From a virus (taxonomy: Duplodnaviria > Heunggongvirae > Uroviricota > Caudoviricetes), in IMG/VR virus record IMGVR_UViG_2606217105_000017: 47,941 nucleotides of DNA. One strand, given 5' to 3'. This document shows positions 38,495 through 47,941 of this stretch, piece after piece (the first letter of the stretch is position 1; every line of letters starts with the position of its first letter). The notes beneath the pieces were generated by a model that saw only the letters and a list, made by a program, of their open reading frames with translations, did no database searches and had not been told where the DNA came from. The translations under genes were made by a program, and so were the position numbers.

Positions 38495-39501
38495 TGCGTT
38501 ATTACCGACTGGAAATTATTAATCCTAAAACAGGCAAGCCGCCAGTGGATAGCAATGGAAAACCCATTGGACCTTTTGATACCAATGAAACACCAGGATG
38601 TGGGTTGCATGTTGAATTTGACTTTGAAGTAACCGGCCTGGATGTAGTCTGTTCGGGTACGATGCTGACGATCTATGGATTACCAATTGACATGCTGAAG
38701 CAAAGCGTAAGTTTGCAGGGTTGTCTGGTACGTATGAAAGCAGGCTTTGTTCAGGGGTTACCACTGGCAAATAAGGATCAACAGGGGGAGGTAATCTATG
38801 GTGAAATTTATCTGGCCTATGCCAACTGGATCGGCACGAACCAGACTTTAAACCTGGTAATAAATCCAAGCATACGCAAAACCGATGACGGTAAACCTTT
38901 TTCAATTGAGGGGCAGGGGGAAGCAGGGGAAAGGGTGGGTGATGTTTTAGTCCGCGCTTTGCAAAAAGCATATCCCAATAAACTTATTGATTGCACAGTC
39001 AGCGACAACCTGGTTTTGCCAGAGCCGTGGACGGGCAAATATACGGAGATTGGTTCGCTGGCTATGGTCGTAAAAAACGCCTCTATTGCGATGATGCGTA
39101 ATGAAAGGTATAGCGGAATCGCCATCAGTATTCTTTCCGACAGAATACGAATCTACGATAACGCATCGGCAAAGTGGGGTGAGCCAAAAACAATTCATGC
39201 CCATGAACTGGTCGGGCAGCCGACATGGATAGCGCCGTTTACCGTCAGTTTCAAATGCCCTATGAGAGGCGATATCAGATGTGGTGATGTGATTAAACTG
39301 CCGGAGGGGCTATATTCTGGCGCTGCGTCGATTGTGATGGCTAATACAACGGCACCCAGCGTTATCGCAAAAAATTCGACCACGTTCACCGGGAAATTTC
39401 TTGTGAAATCAGTCAGACACATTGGTTCGTATCTGACAGCCGATGGCGATGCCTGGGTGACGGTATTTGAGGCATATGCTGAGAACTGGGCGAGGGTGTA
39501 A
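38494..39501 (+). CDS. Baseplate hub-like protein (335 aa)
   Basis: Coupled ORF in baseplate region. Confidence 0.4.
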   Translation: MRYYRLEIINPKTGKPPVDSNGKPIGPFDTNETPGCGLHVEFDFEVTGLDVVCSGTMLTIYGLPIDMLKQSVSLQGCLVRMKAGFVQGLPLANKDQQGEVIYGEIYLAYANWIGTNQTLNLVINPSIRKTDDGKPFSIEGQGEAGERVGDVLVRALQKAYPNKLIDCTVSDNLVLPEPWTGKYTEIGSLAMVVKNASIAMMRNERYSGIAISILSDRIRIYDNASAKWGEPKTIHAHELVGQPTWIAPFTVSFKCPMRGDIRCGDVIKLPEGLYSGAASIVMANTTAPSVIAKNSTTFTGKFLVKSVRHIGSYLTADGDAWVTVFEAYAENWARV

Positions 39502-40214
39502 TGTCAAACGCTCAAAAATTACCGTTTCTCCGAACACTGTCGGAGATGATGACCAGTTCTGGTAACCAGCAAGCCGAGCTTAAAGGCCGCGAATTGCCCT
39601 GCCATGTTGTTGATATCTGCGGGCAAATAGTGACAGTTCAGTTTGATATGCTGCCGGAGGGGATCAACTTCCCGCAGATAACAATCCCTGTCGCCACATT
39701 CCCGTATATCCGTTACCCGATACAGCCGGGCGATCGAGGAGTAACAATTGCCGCTGATGTATCACTGCGCGGTGTGTCCGGATTGGGAACCGGTATGGCA
39801 ACGCTTTCTTACTCGATGTCGCTCACTCCCCTGTTTTTCGTGCCACTGGCAAACAAGGAGTGGTCCGACGAAGATCCGCAAAAAATCGTTTTGTACGGTC
39901 CGGATGGCGCGATCCTCAAAACAGAGGACGGCAGTAGCTCGGTAATGGTGGCTCTGGAAGAAATCAGGCAAAAGTCGAAAGCTGTTTACCTCGAGGCCGA
40001 AGATATTTTCCTGAACGGGAAAATTCACCTCAACGGACCGATCGTCCAGGACAAAGCCCAGATGAAGGATACAACCGCTTCGCTGATTGGTCCTCTTAAT
40101 GTCGAGATGGATGCAGTTATCAACGGCGTGAGCGTCAGCGGCCACAGCCACGATGTGACTGGTGTTCAAAGCGGCGGCAGCACGATCACGTCGAAGCAAC
40201 CAAATCCGGGTTAA
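39501..40214 (+). CDS. Baseplate spike (gpV-like) protein (237 aa)
   Basis: C-terminal ..SVSGHSHDVTG.. His motif typical of spike tips; position. Confidence 0.45.
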   Translation: MSNAQKLPFLRTLSEMMTSSGNQQAELKGRELPCHVVDICGQIVTVQFDMLPEGINFPQITIPVATFPYIRYPIQPGDRGVTIAADVSLRGVSGLGTGMATLSYSMSLTPLFFVPLANKEWSDEDPQKIVLYGPDGAILKTEDGSSSVMVALEEIRQKSKAVYLEAEDIFLNGKIHLNGPIVQDKAQMKDTTASLIGPLNVEMDAVINGVSVSGHSHDVTGVQSGGSTITSKQPNPG

Positions 40215-40253
40215 TTCCGGTTCATTTCACTTTAAATTCTATCCATAAAGCGA

Positions 40254-40288
40254 AAGCCCCGAACTGTTGCAGCAGTCGGGGCTTTTTG
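40254..40288 (+). terminator. Rho-independent terminator after the spike gene
   Basis: 10-bp stem GCCCCGA..TCGGGGC followed by T5. Confidence 0.55.
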
Positions 40289-40358
40289 TTTCTGACCTTG
40301 AATAAGGCAAGGAGAAGTCGTGTTTGATTTTAGCAAACTGATTCGGGAGATTCGAGTT

Positions 40359-40457
40359 ATGGCTGAAAAATTATCCACCTGGAAGTTTTTGCTTATTTGG
40401 TTGGTCTTTCTGATTCTGGCGTCTGGTTATTTTGTTGGCCAGATCCGATGGTGGTGA
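40359..40457 (+). CDS. Small membrane peptide ORF (32 aa)
   Basis: Hand-translated MAEKLSTWKFLLIWLVFLILASGYFVGQIRWW; weak SD; may be non-coding. Confidence 0.2.
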   Translation: MAEKLSTWKFLLIWLVFLILASGYFVGQIRWW

Positions 40458-40464
40458 GGGCACG

Positions 40465-40812
40465 ATGAGAACATGGGGCCGCGTCACCGACGCGAACGGC
40501 AACAAAAAATGGGTTGCAGTAGAATCTGACGCCAACGGTGATTTCTCCTACGGCTGGCTGACGACGCTCATTCAAACGTTAAAGCTGGGATTGGGGGAGT
40601 CGCCGTTTTACGCGAATTACGGTATTCCTGCGCAGCAGTGCATCGTGCAGCAGATTTACCCGGACTACTATGTGAACATGGTTCAGCAACAGTTTGCCGG
40701 CTATTTTGCATCATTGGCAATTTCAAAGGTAGATGGAGCAGATAACCCCACCTATAACATCGATGTTGTGTTTTTTAATGGGACCAGTTACCGGACGCAG
40801 GTGCCGGTATGA
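40465..40812 (+). CDS. Baseplate gpW/gp25-like protein (115 aa from ATG; ORF track starts 40432 with TTG)
   Basis: Size and position between spike and baseplate J-like genes. Confidence 0.35.
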   Translation: MRTWGRVTDANGNKKWVAVESDANGDFSYGWLTTLIQTLKLGLGESPFYANYGIPAQQCIVQQIYPDYYVNMVQQQFAGYFASLAISKVDGADNPTYNIDVVFFNGTSYRTQVPV

Positions 40813-40962
40813 ATCACAGTTTTATGATAAAACTTTTACCTTGGTTTGGAGTGCTGTAGAGAGATATTTTAGGGGAGGCGAGTAATTTTCTAAGCTGGAG
40901 CATATTGACATATATTATTTCGGATTTGCAAAATACAGATTGTAACCATGGAGGAGACAAGC

Positions 40963-42123
40963 ATGGAAAATTTTGCAAATAAGTTAAAAATACACACAGA
41001 GCATGTTGCAAAAATGGGGGTGTTTTGTACAACTGAAGAAACGACAAAACAAGCACTCATTATGCCATTACTAGATATTCTTGGTTTTACTCCGTATGAT
41101 CCAAGAAAAGTCAAAGCTGAGTATAGTGCTGACTTCCCCGGGGTTAAGGCTAATGAACGGGTTGATTACGCTTTATTTTGTCATGATGTTCCTGTGATGT
41201 TCATTGAGGCGAAATCGTTTTCAGAACAAATTGATAATCACTGCCCACAGCTATCAAGATATTTTAATTCAACACCGGAAGTTACTATATCAGCCATTAC
41301 AAATGGTGTTGAATGGCGTTTTTTTACGGATTTGAAACAAAAAAACATAATGGATTCAACGCCGTTTTTAAAATTAAGAATGGATTCTCTAACTCACTCC
41401 GATATTACACAATTATTTCGTTTTCGTTATGATAAATTCAAACCAGAGGCTTTACGGACACTGGCTGAAGAAAGTGTTTATTTGAATTCATTTACTAAAA
41501 CAATCAGTTCTAGTCTTCGTGAAGTTGATCTGGAGTTTGTTCGATATGTTGCTAGTCGTTCAAATATTGAGAGGCAACTTAATCAGAGATTTCTTGAGTT
41601 CGTGACTCCATTAGTTAAACAGGCCGTTGAGCGCGCTGTTAGCGCAATGGTGGTTTCCGGGCTATCTACACAACCGGTAGAGCAAACTAAAGAAAATGAT
41701 GCAACGGATACACAAGTTAATAACGCCATTGTTGATGAAGAAAACCCCAACATAATAACCACAGCCAAAGAATTGGAGCTATTTGAAAGGGTAAAACAAA
41801 TCATACAAACAGAAGATAATATAGAATATAAAGATACTGAGTCATATTTCGGTGTACTATTGAATGGTAAAACTAATAGATGGCTGTTAAGATTTTATGA
41901 TAAAAAATCTTCATTTATAACTTTACCTATTTCGCTTAGTGAAGTTCAGTTGAATGAAATAAGACGAGCTCGACTTGATACGGATGGTAAAAGGATACAT
42001 ATAACTAATCCGGAAGATATACTTCGCATATCTGGTTTGATTCTGGATTCATACGAGTATGTTAAAAATGATGATAATTTCCGCCGAGGGTCCAGAGTGA
42101 GCAGTTTAGAAGAGGTTGAATAA
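40963..42123 (+). CDS. Moron: PD-(D/E)xK nuclease-domain protein (HsdR-N-like N-terminus), 386 aa from SD-supported ATG
   Basis: AT-rich gene with GGAGGAG SD; motif ..ERVDYALFCHDVPVMFIEAKS..QLSRYF..ITNGVEWRFF..; followed by a bidirectional terminator; interrupts baseplate gene order. Confidence 0.6.
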   Translation: MENFANKLKIHTEHVAKMGVFCTTEETTKQALIMPLLDILGFTPYDPRKVKAEYSADFPGVKANERVDYALFCHDVPVMFIEAKSFSEQIDNHCPQLSRYFNSTPEVTISAITNGVEWRFFTDLKQKNIMDSTPFLKLRMDSLTHSDITQLFRFRYDKFKPEALRTLAEESVYLNSFTKTISSSLREVDLEFVRYVASRSNIERQLNQRFLEFVTPLVKQAVERAVSAMVVSGLSTQPVEQTKENDATDTQVNNAIVDEENPNIITTAKELELFERVKQIIQTEDNIEYKDTESYFGVLLNGKTNRWLLRFYDKKSSFITLPISLSEVQLNEIRRARLDTDGKRIHITNPEDILRISGLILDSYEYVKNDDNFRRGSRVSSLEEVE

Positions 42124-42127
42124 GTAA

Positions 42128-42151
42128 AAAACCCGCGAAAGCGGGTTTTTT
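42128..42151. terminator. Bidirectional rho-independent terminator
   Basis: A6-ACCCGC-gaaa-GCGGGT-T6. Confidence 0.65.
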
Positions 42152-42163
42152 AATGGAGTAAAT

Positions 42164-43390
42164 ATGTCAGAAATACCAATTACTATGACCAGTGCGGGTG
42201 CGCAGCCTACGCCACCCAATGATTTGCTCGCGAATCTTATCACTAGAGTTGCTGAAAAAGTACCTGGATATACAGCCAACCTTCCGGCGGGGCTTATTAC
42301 AGACCTTGCCAGCACGGCTGTCGGGGCGCTGGCATTAATAGACCAGGCGCGGGTGGACCTTATTAACTCCGTAAGCCCATACGGCGCGAATATTCCGTTA
42401 CTGATGCAACTCGGAAACATATATGGAGCACAGAAGGGATTAAGTACAAATACGGCGGTATACGTGGTGTTTGAGGCGTTGCCGGGGTTTGGTATCCCTA
42501 AAGGATTTGTTGTCGGTGACGGCAACTACCAGTATGCGGTTTCCCGCGATACCGTGGTACCGGAAAACGGGCAGACTGAGCCAGTCTACTGTGTGGCCAC
42601 AACGTCAGGCTCATGGGCTGTACCGGAAGGGACCGTGACGCAGGTCATTACCTCAGTACCCAAAGACCAGCCTGTAAAATGCACCAACTTTACCGCAGGA
42701 ATGCCCGGTCAGGAGGCGCAAACGTGGGCATCTTACCGCGCCGAAGTCATGGAGTCCGGCATGTTTGGTGTGCAGGGAACACCGGATTGCTTTAAAGCTA
42801 TGCTCAAATCAGTAAGCGGTGTGCGAGAAAACCTGATTTCTTTCCGGCAGTCGTCGCTGGGGAAATGGGTTGCGGTTGTTGGTGGCGGTGATCCGTATGA
42901 TGTGGCTTATGCGATTTACAAATCTGTACCGGATATTTCGAAACTGACCAACGATGTAAGCAATCCATCCGGTGCGGCAGTGGAAAAACGCACGGTTTCA
43001 ATAACCGTTTCGCCGGACGTTTATCAGGTGCCTTTCGTTATCCCGTCATCACAAAACGTCATGGTGCTAATCACCTGGAACACGGTGTCTGATGATTATG
43101 TTGATCCGGCGGGTATTGCTATGGCTGTGCAGCAAAACGTTGCTGATTACATCAATTCAATTGAAGTCGGACACCCGATAAATCTTCTGCGTATCCAGGA
43201 TATTTTTACCAGTTCTGTCAGGTTGCTGGTTGATGCGACGTTGATCTCAACAATCAGTGTGAGCATTGGTATTAACGGTCATATTGTTCTTCCGGCGAAA
43301 GACACAAGCCTGGTTTATGGCGATACCTATTCCTATTTTTCAACGGTGGCATCACAGGTTCAGGTCAACAAGTATGCAATATCTGACTGA
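42164..43390 (+). CDS. Baseplate J-like protein (408 aa)
   Basis: Size and order J, I, fibre, Tfa; GGAG SD. Confidence 0.55.
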   Translation: MSEIPITMTSAGAQPTPPNDLLANLITRVAEKVPGYTANLPAGLITDLASTAVGALALIDQARVDLINSVSPYGANIPLLMQLGNIYGAQKGLSTNTAVYVVFEALPGFGIPKGFVVGDGNYQYAVSRDTVVPENGQTEPVYCVATTSGSWAVPEGTVTQVITSVPKDQPVKCTNFTAGMPGQEAQTWASYRAEVMESGMFGVQGTPDCFKAMLKSVSGVRENLISFRQSSLGKWVAVVGGGDPYDVAYAIYKSVPDISKLTNDVSNPSGAAVEKRTVSITVSPDVYQVPFVIPSSQNVMVLITWNTVSDDYVDPAGIAMAVQQNVADYINSIEVGHPINLLRIQDIFTSSVRLLVDATLISTISVSIGINGHIVLPAKDTSLVYGDTYSYFSTVASQVQVNKYAISD

Positions 43391-44000
43391 GAAAATTCTC
43401 CCTGCTTATCCATTTGCGCAGTACAGAGATGATCCGAATGTTGTTGCGTTCTTTGATGCATACAATGAAATTGCTCAGGAATACCTCGATTCACTCAACA
43501 ATCTGGCATTGCCATGCTGGACATCGGAATCAATAACCGGGCAATTACTGGACTGGATTGCACTCGGGATTTATGGCGTTGAAAGGCCTTTACTACAGGT
43601 TTCCGAGGAGGCTATTGCACGCGGCGCATACGATACCATTGAATACAATACGATCCCGTATGCAGCAATGCGGAATTATGTTCCGGGGCAGGCATCGTAT
43701 GTACCTGATGATTATTTCAAACGAATATTAACGTGGAATTTTTATAAGGCTGACGGTTCGCATTTCTGCATTGACTGGTTAAAGCGCCGTGTGGCGCGGT
43801 TCATTCATGGGAAAAACGGAATAGACCCGCCGTTGCAGCACACTTTTGATGTGAGCGTGACTGTATCGGACAGTGTTTTTTCTATTCAGATACCAGAATA
43901 TGGTGATGGTATAGGCTATTTTCTGAAAGATGCCATTGACCAGAAATATGTAAAACTCCCTTTTATTTATTCCTATGCAACAACGGTGATTCAAAAATGA
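43374..44000 (+). CDS. Tail protein I-like (208 aa)
   Basis: Overlaps J-like stop; position before the fibre gene. Confidence 0.5.
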   Translation: MQYLTEKILPAYPFAQYRDDPNVVAFFDAYNEIAQEYLDSLNNLALPCWTSESITGQLLDWIALGIYGVERPLLQVSEEAIARGAYDTIEYNTIPYAAMRNYVPGQASYVPDDYFKRILTWNFYKADGSHFCIDWLKRRVARFIHGKNGIDPPLQHTFDVSVTVSDSVFSIQIPEYGDGIGYFLKDAIDQKYVKLPFIYSYATTVIQK

Positions 44001-45547
44001 TTCTTGGATTCGGCAATAACGTTGTTTCAGCACTGGCTGGTGATATTACGACGATTCAGACTGATATTCCGGTGATGCCGGGCACGGGAGCTAAATTTGC
44101 AAAATTGCTTTCTGCCGATTTTGAAAATAAATCGAACGGGCAACGCGTCTATGCAAAAATTACGCTTACCGATAATAAAGAGTCAGCGTTTGAGATTTGT
44201 CACCTGGTATCGGTAAGCGGTGATGTGCTGAAAGTCATTCGTGGGCAGGAAGGAACAACCGCGAAAGGTTGGTCCCTTAATGACGTTGTGGCTAACTTTG
44301 CCACACGTGGATCGGAAAACTATTTCGTACAGATAGCGCAGCTTCAGAGCGGTCATTATATTGCAGGTGTCGCTGGCGGCACTGCAAATGCACTGACGCT
44401 GGAGCTTCCCGCGACGTTTTTTGTTAATGGAGGTACAGATTGGACGCTACGAACTCCTATTATCGTTTTCCCCGTTCAGAACAATACCAACGCCGCAACG
44501 CTTCAATTGACACTGGGCGGAAAGGTTCTTGGTACGTTTCCACTTTATAAGGGGAACAAGTCCGGGCTGGTAGCGAACGATATCATTAAAGGTATTCCCT
44601 TAATTTGCCTTCTTGATAGCGAGAAAAGCTATTTCAGCGTGATAAACCCCGGCAATATCTATTCAGATTTTGATCTGCGATATGTAAAAAAATCTGGTGA
44701 TTTGATGACCGGGGAGCTGAAAATCCGTGGTGTTAATGCACTGAGGATTTTCAACGACGCTTTTGGTCTGATTTTTCGTCGTTCGGAAGAGTGCCTGCAC
44801 CTTATTCCTACCAGTGAAGGTCAGGGCGAGAATGGCGATATTGGTCCACTTCGACCGTTCACTATTAATCTGCGGACGGGTGAAATATCCATGTCGCATA
44901 AAGTGTCTGTTGGCGGTGGTTCTCAGGTCAATGGTGCGCTGGGTATCGGCGTTCAGAACGCGCTGGGCGGAAACTCAATTGCTTTCGGGGATAACGATAC
45001 AGGTATAAAACAAAACGGCGACGGCATTCTGGATGTTTATGCGAATGGACAGCATGTATTTCGTTTCCAGAATGGTGTGGCGATAGCGTTAAAAAATATT
45101 CAGGCCGGAAATGCTAAAAAATTCACGTTATCCAGCGCCAACAACTCAACGAAAAACGCAACGTTTAATTTATGGGGCAATTCGTCCCGTCCTGTAGTTG
45201 CAGAGCTTGGTGATGATTCCGGCTGGCATTTTTACAGCCAGAGAAATACGGATAACAGTATAACGTTCGCTGTAAACGGACAGATGGTCCCGTCAAATTA
45301 TGGAAATTTCGATGCCCGTTACCAGACCAAATCAGGGGGCGTGCAGAATTTTCAGTACACCAGTGAGGTGTTTTACAACCCTGGTGGGAATGAGCGCAGC
45401 TGGACGTTTCGGGCACCTTCTGGTTGTGTTTTGTCAGGCATTAATGTTCAGGACACTGGCAGTAACTCTGCAGATAATATCGGTGGCGTGTATTACAAAC
45501 AGGCTCAGATTTATATCAATGGTGCATGGCGATCCGTATCAGGTTAA
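43997..45547 (+). CDS. Tail fibre protein (516 aa)
   Basis: Gly/Asn/Ser/Thr-rich beta-rich sequence followed by a Tfa gene. Confidence 0.55.
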   Translation: MILGFGNNVVSALAGDITTIQTDIPVMPGTGAKFAKLLSADFENKSNGQRVYAKITLTDNKESAFEICHLVSVSGDVLKVIRGQEGTTAKGWSLNDVVANFATRGSENYFVQIAQLQSGHYIAGVAGGTANALTLELPATFFVNGGTDWTLRTPIIVFPVQNNTNAATLQLTLGGKVLGTFPLYKGNKSGLVANDIIKGIPLICLLDSEKSYFSVINPGNIYSDFDLRYVKKSGDLMTGELKIRGVNALRIFNDAFGLIFRRSEECLHLIPTSEGQGENGDIGPLRPFTINLRTGEISMSHKVSVGGGSQVNGALGIGVQNALGGNSIAFGDNDTGIKQNGDGILDVYANGQHVFRFQNGVAIALKNIQAGNAKKFTLSSANNSTKNATFNLWGNSSRPVVAELGDDSGWHFYSQRNTDNSITFAVNGQMVPSNYGNFDARYQTKSGGVQNFQYTSEVFYNPGGNERSWTFRAPSGCVLSGINVQDTGSNSADNIGGVYYKQAQIYINGAWRSVSG

Positions 45548-45560
45548 TTAAGGAGAAATA

Positions 45561-46091
45561 ATGGAACTCGTAAACGTTACGCGTTACTACCCTGAAGATA
45601 TGCCTTATGGTGAAGGCATTCAGTATTTCCGTAGTGAAGACGGGCAGGATTTTTATGAATCACTGGATAAGTTCACGAAGAAATACAAGCTGTGCACACA
45701 TCCTGAAACCGGCGTTATTTATTCCATGGCGGAAGATGTATCCCGCCTTTATCCCGTTGGTTTTACCATTGTGGAAGTGGATGAACTACCGGAAGGATTT
45801 TGTATTGAAGCCCGCTGGTATTATAAAGACGGTGAAGTACTGCCGGTCCCTGTTGACTCCCGGCAGCAGGCCGAGTCGGAGCGTGCACGTCTTACTGCGA
45901 TTGCCGAACGGGAAATATCCGATAAGAAGACGGATTTACTTCTGGGAATCATCAGTGATGAAGAAAAAGAAAAGTTGACAGCCTGGCGCATTTACGCGAA
46001 ATCGCTGCAGGCGATGGATTTCAGCACCATCGCTGATAAAACCTCATATAACGCCATTGAATGGCCCGTCTCTCCGGAAGCCTCTTCCTGA
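45561..46091 (+). CDS. Tail fibre assembly protein (176 aa)
   Basis: Tfa-like layout: ..ARLTAIAEREISDKKTDLLLGIISDEEKEKLTAWRIY..W.. Confidence 0.6.
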   Translation: MELVNVTRYYPEDMPYGEGIQYFRSEDGQDFYESLDKFTKKYKLCTHPETGVIYSMAEDVSRLYPVGFTIVEVDELPEGFCIEARWYYKDGEVLPVPVDSRQQAESERARLTAIAEREISDKKTDLLLGIISDEEKEKLTAWRIYAKSLQAMDFSTIADKTSYNAIEWPVSPEASS

Positions 46092-46114
46092 TTTAATTTA
46101 TCGCGAGAAAAACT

Positions 46115-47941
46115 ATGTCTGTAGTGATATCAGGTGCGCTGATAGATGGCGCAGGCATCCCCATGTCCGGATGCCACATAATTCTGAAATCCCGGGTAAA
46201 CACCTCAGAGGTGGTGATGCGCACAGTTGCCGACGTGGTGACAGGAAACTGTGGCGAGTACTGTTTTAAGGCGCAGACCGGAAAATATTGCGTATATCTG
46301 AAACAGGACTGGCGCGACGAGTACTATGTTGGCGACATTGCTGTATACGACGACTCAAAGCCCGGCACGCTGAACGACTTTCTGACTGCCCTTGATGAAG
46401 GCGATTTAAAGCCGGATGTAGTGAAACGATTTGAGGAAATGGTGGTGCAGGCACAGCAGAGTGCTGAAATCGCAGCATCATGTGCAGAACAGGCAGGGCA
46501 AATATTAAATAACATCCAGGAGGTTGCAGGGCAGCTTTCCACAGTACGCTTCGAAAATTTTAACGATATTAGCAGGCGGTGTACGACAGCCATGCTGAAG
46601 CTGGAACAACCCGAGGTTGTTAATACATCAATATCTTTAAAAATAAAAGAAAATATCGATTTTAATTATGTCGGTGCAGTTAACGGATATTGCGATATTC
46701 CTGAACCTGAAAAGTATAAAGTCGAAATGTATGCTTATACAACTGGAGAGTATTTTAACGGCGACGCTAATTTGAATAGTGACGGAACTTTCTATTTCAG
46801 ACGTTGCTGGACGGGAGCAAAACAGTTTCGTCTTATTCGGATTGAGGATAATGCGTGGATCACAACGCTGGAATTTCCGCTGCTCATTCGTAGTTACTGG
46901 ATGCCAGAGGACGCAGATCCTGACGTGATCAGGGTGATGAAAGACCGATGTTACACGTATGACCAGGCGCTGGCAGCACTGGCGTTGATGGTTCAGCGAC
47001 ATGAAGCTGTGGAAAGATACGTTTCAGGTTTGTGTGCACTTGTTGATGAAAACGGCGGGGTGAAATTTTTTGTTAACAGGCTGTCGGCCATGTCTTCGCG
47101 CGCCTATTATCGACTGGGCAATGCGGCATGGGTTTACTATGCCCTTGCGTTCTATCTGGAGAAATACCCGGACGGAGCACAGGTAAATATTGTTCGGGCA
47201 AAGTTGTTATCTGGCATCAGCTGGCTGGATTCTTTCCTGGTAACCGCCCCTGGTGATTTACGTGAAGGCCTGTATAAAGGCGGCCTTGGTCGTTATGTAA
47301 ATGGCGAATTTGACGCCAGTTTCGTTGCCGAATGGTGCGCACTGGAGCATAACGTTGATATCTGGTTTTTGTTTGAACTGATGGGGAGACTGGAATTTAA
47401 CGGCTTCATTCAACGCGCCGATGCGCTGGCAAAAAGTATCATCAGGGGGTTCTGGATGGAAGAGGAAGGCCGGTTCCGGCAGGGAGTACACCCAACCAGT
47501 TATGATAACGCGGCGGCTCTCGATCAATCGTCATGGGGCGGGCTGTTTGTAGCGAATATAGACATGGCTAAAGCTGTACGTTGTCGTAAGTATATGGGGC
47601 GTTTCTTTTTTGGCACCCGCGAAGCCACGGGTTACACACCTTACCACCCCGATTATGGATACAGTGGTCACAGTCGAGGTGTATGGGTGGAAGGGACCGC
47701 AGGAGTGGCACTTTTTGAGAGAAAGCTTGGAAACGAGGTTACAGCAGTGAATCTCATTGCAGCAATGGCACCGCTTCGTGATGAATACGGCTATCGTGAT
47801 TCATGCGATGACCCGGCATATGATGTGCTCCCACCCTGGCCATCAACAACAAACACGGCGTGGGTAATCCTGACAGTAAAACCTGATAATTTTTGGCTGG
47901 TAGATTCACCGATCATGGACGTTGGCATGATTCGATACTGA
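46115..47941 (+). CDS. Second tail fibre / tailspike: side-tail-fibre N-terminal anchor plus putative enzymatic C-terminal domain (608 aa)
   Basis: N-terminus MSVVISGALIDGAGIP..DSKPGTLNDFLTALDEGDLKPDVVKRFEEMV.. resembles lambdoid Stf N-termini; C-terminal 450 aa non-fibrous, Trp/Tyr-rich; stop is the last triplet of the window. Confidence 0.55.
   Translation: MSVVISGALIDGAGIPMSGCHIILKSRVNTSEVVMRTVADVVTGNCGEYCFKAQTGKYCVYLKQDWRDEYYVGDIAVYDDSKPGTLNDFLTALDEGDLKPDVVKRFEEMVVQAQQSAEIAASCAEQAGQILNNIQEVAGQLSTVRFENFNDISRRCTTAMLKLEQPEVVNTSISLKIKENIDFNYVGAVNGYCDIPEPEKYKVEMYAYTTGEYFNGDANLNSDGTFYFRRCWTGAKQFRLIRIEDNAWITTLEFPLLIRSYWMPEDADPDVIRVMKDRCYTYDQALAALALMVQRHEAVERYVSGLCALVDENGGVKFFVNRLSAMSSRAYYRLGNAAWVYYALAFYLEKYPDGAQVNIVRAKLLSGISWLDSFLVTAPGDLREGLYKGGLGRYVNGEFDASFVAEWCALEHNVDIWFLFELMGRLEFNGFIQRADALAKSIIRGFWMEEEGRFRQGVHPTSYDNAAALDQSSWGGLFVANIDMAKAVRCRKYMGRFFFGTREATGYTPYHPDYGYSGHSRGVWVEGTAGVALFERKLGNEVTAVNLIAAMAPLRDEYGYRDSCDDPAYDVLPPWPSTTNTAWVILTVKPDNFWLVDSPIMDVGMIRY

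Overview
The 47.9-kb window is essentially one mosaic prophage, read here from its integrase end. Minus-strand early-left arm (1-7.7 kb) is Rac-like: integrase (stop codon at window position 1-3, so att is outside the window), excisionase, YdaC, RalR toxin, a RecT/Bet-family annealase with a 1055-aa RecE-like exonuclease, RacC, YdaE, KilR. An XRE-type repressor / Cro-like switch (7.9-8.7 kb) carries three 15-bp operators of the form A(A/T)CAC-N5-GTG(T/A)T. Then come a YdaT-like gene, O-like and P-like replication genes and four small nin-region ORFs. An AT-rich accessory island (13.2-16.0 kb) holds a convergent, 3'-overlapping gene pair (190-aa PD-(D/E)xK sce7726-like protein and 365-aa beta-protein/sce7725-like protein) next to an intact hokD-type type I toxin locus; this pair is my best candidate for the accessory system. 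Late region: DUF1367, YbcO-like, Q antiterminator, tR'-like terminator, two tRNA genes (Thr-UGU, Gly-UCC), a TerB-like gene broken at an A7 run, a lysis cassette, a ParB-like plus GT-A-like pair, TerS (with a TGCGCA repeat array), TerL, portal, head genes and a contractile-tail module. A second strong candidate is a 386-aa PD-(D/E)xK nuclease moron with its own bidirectional terminator inserted between baseplate genes (40.8-42.2 kb). The window ends with a second fibre that has an Stf-type N-terminal anchor and a non-fibrous, possibly enzymatic C-terminal domain. No rRNA, CRISPR array or transposase was seen. All family assignments come from reading the translations and motifs by eye; no database search was run, and start codons and short-feature coordinates may be off by a few nucleotides.
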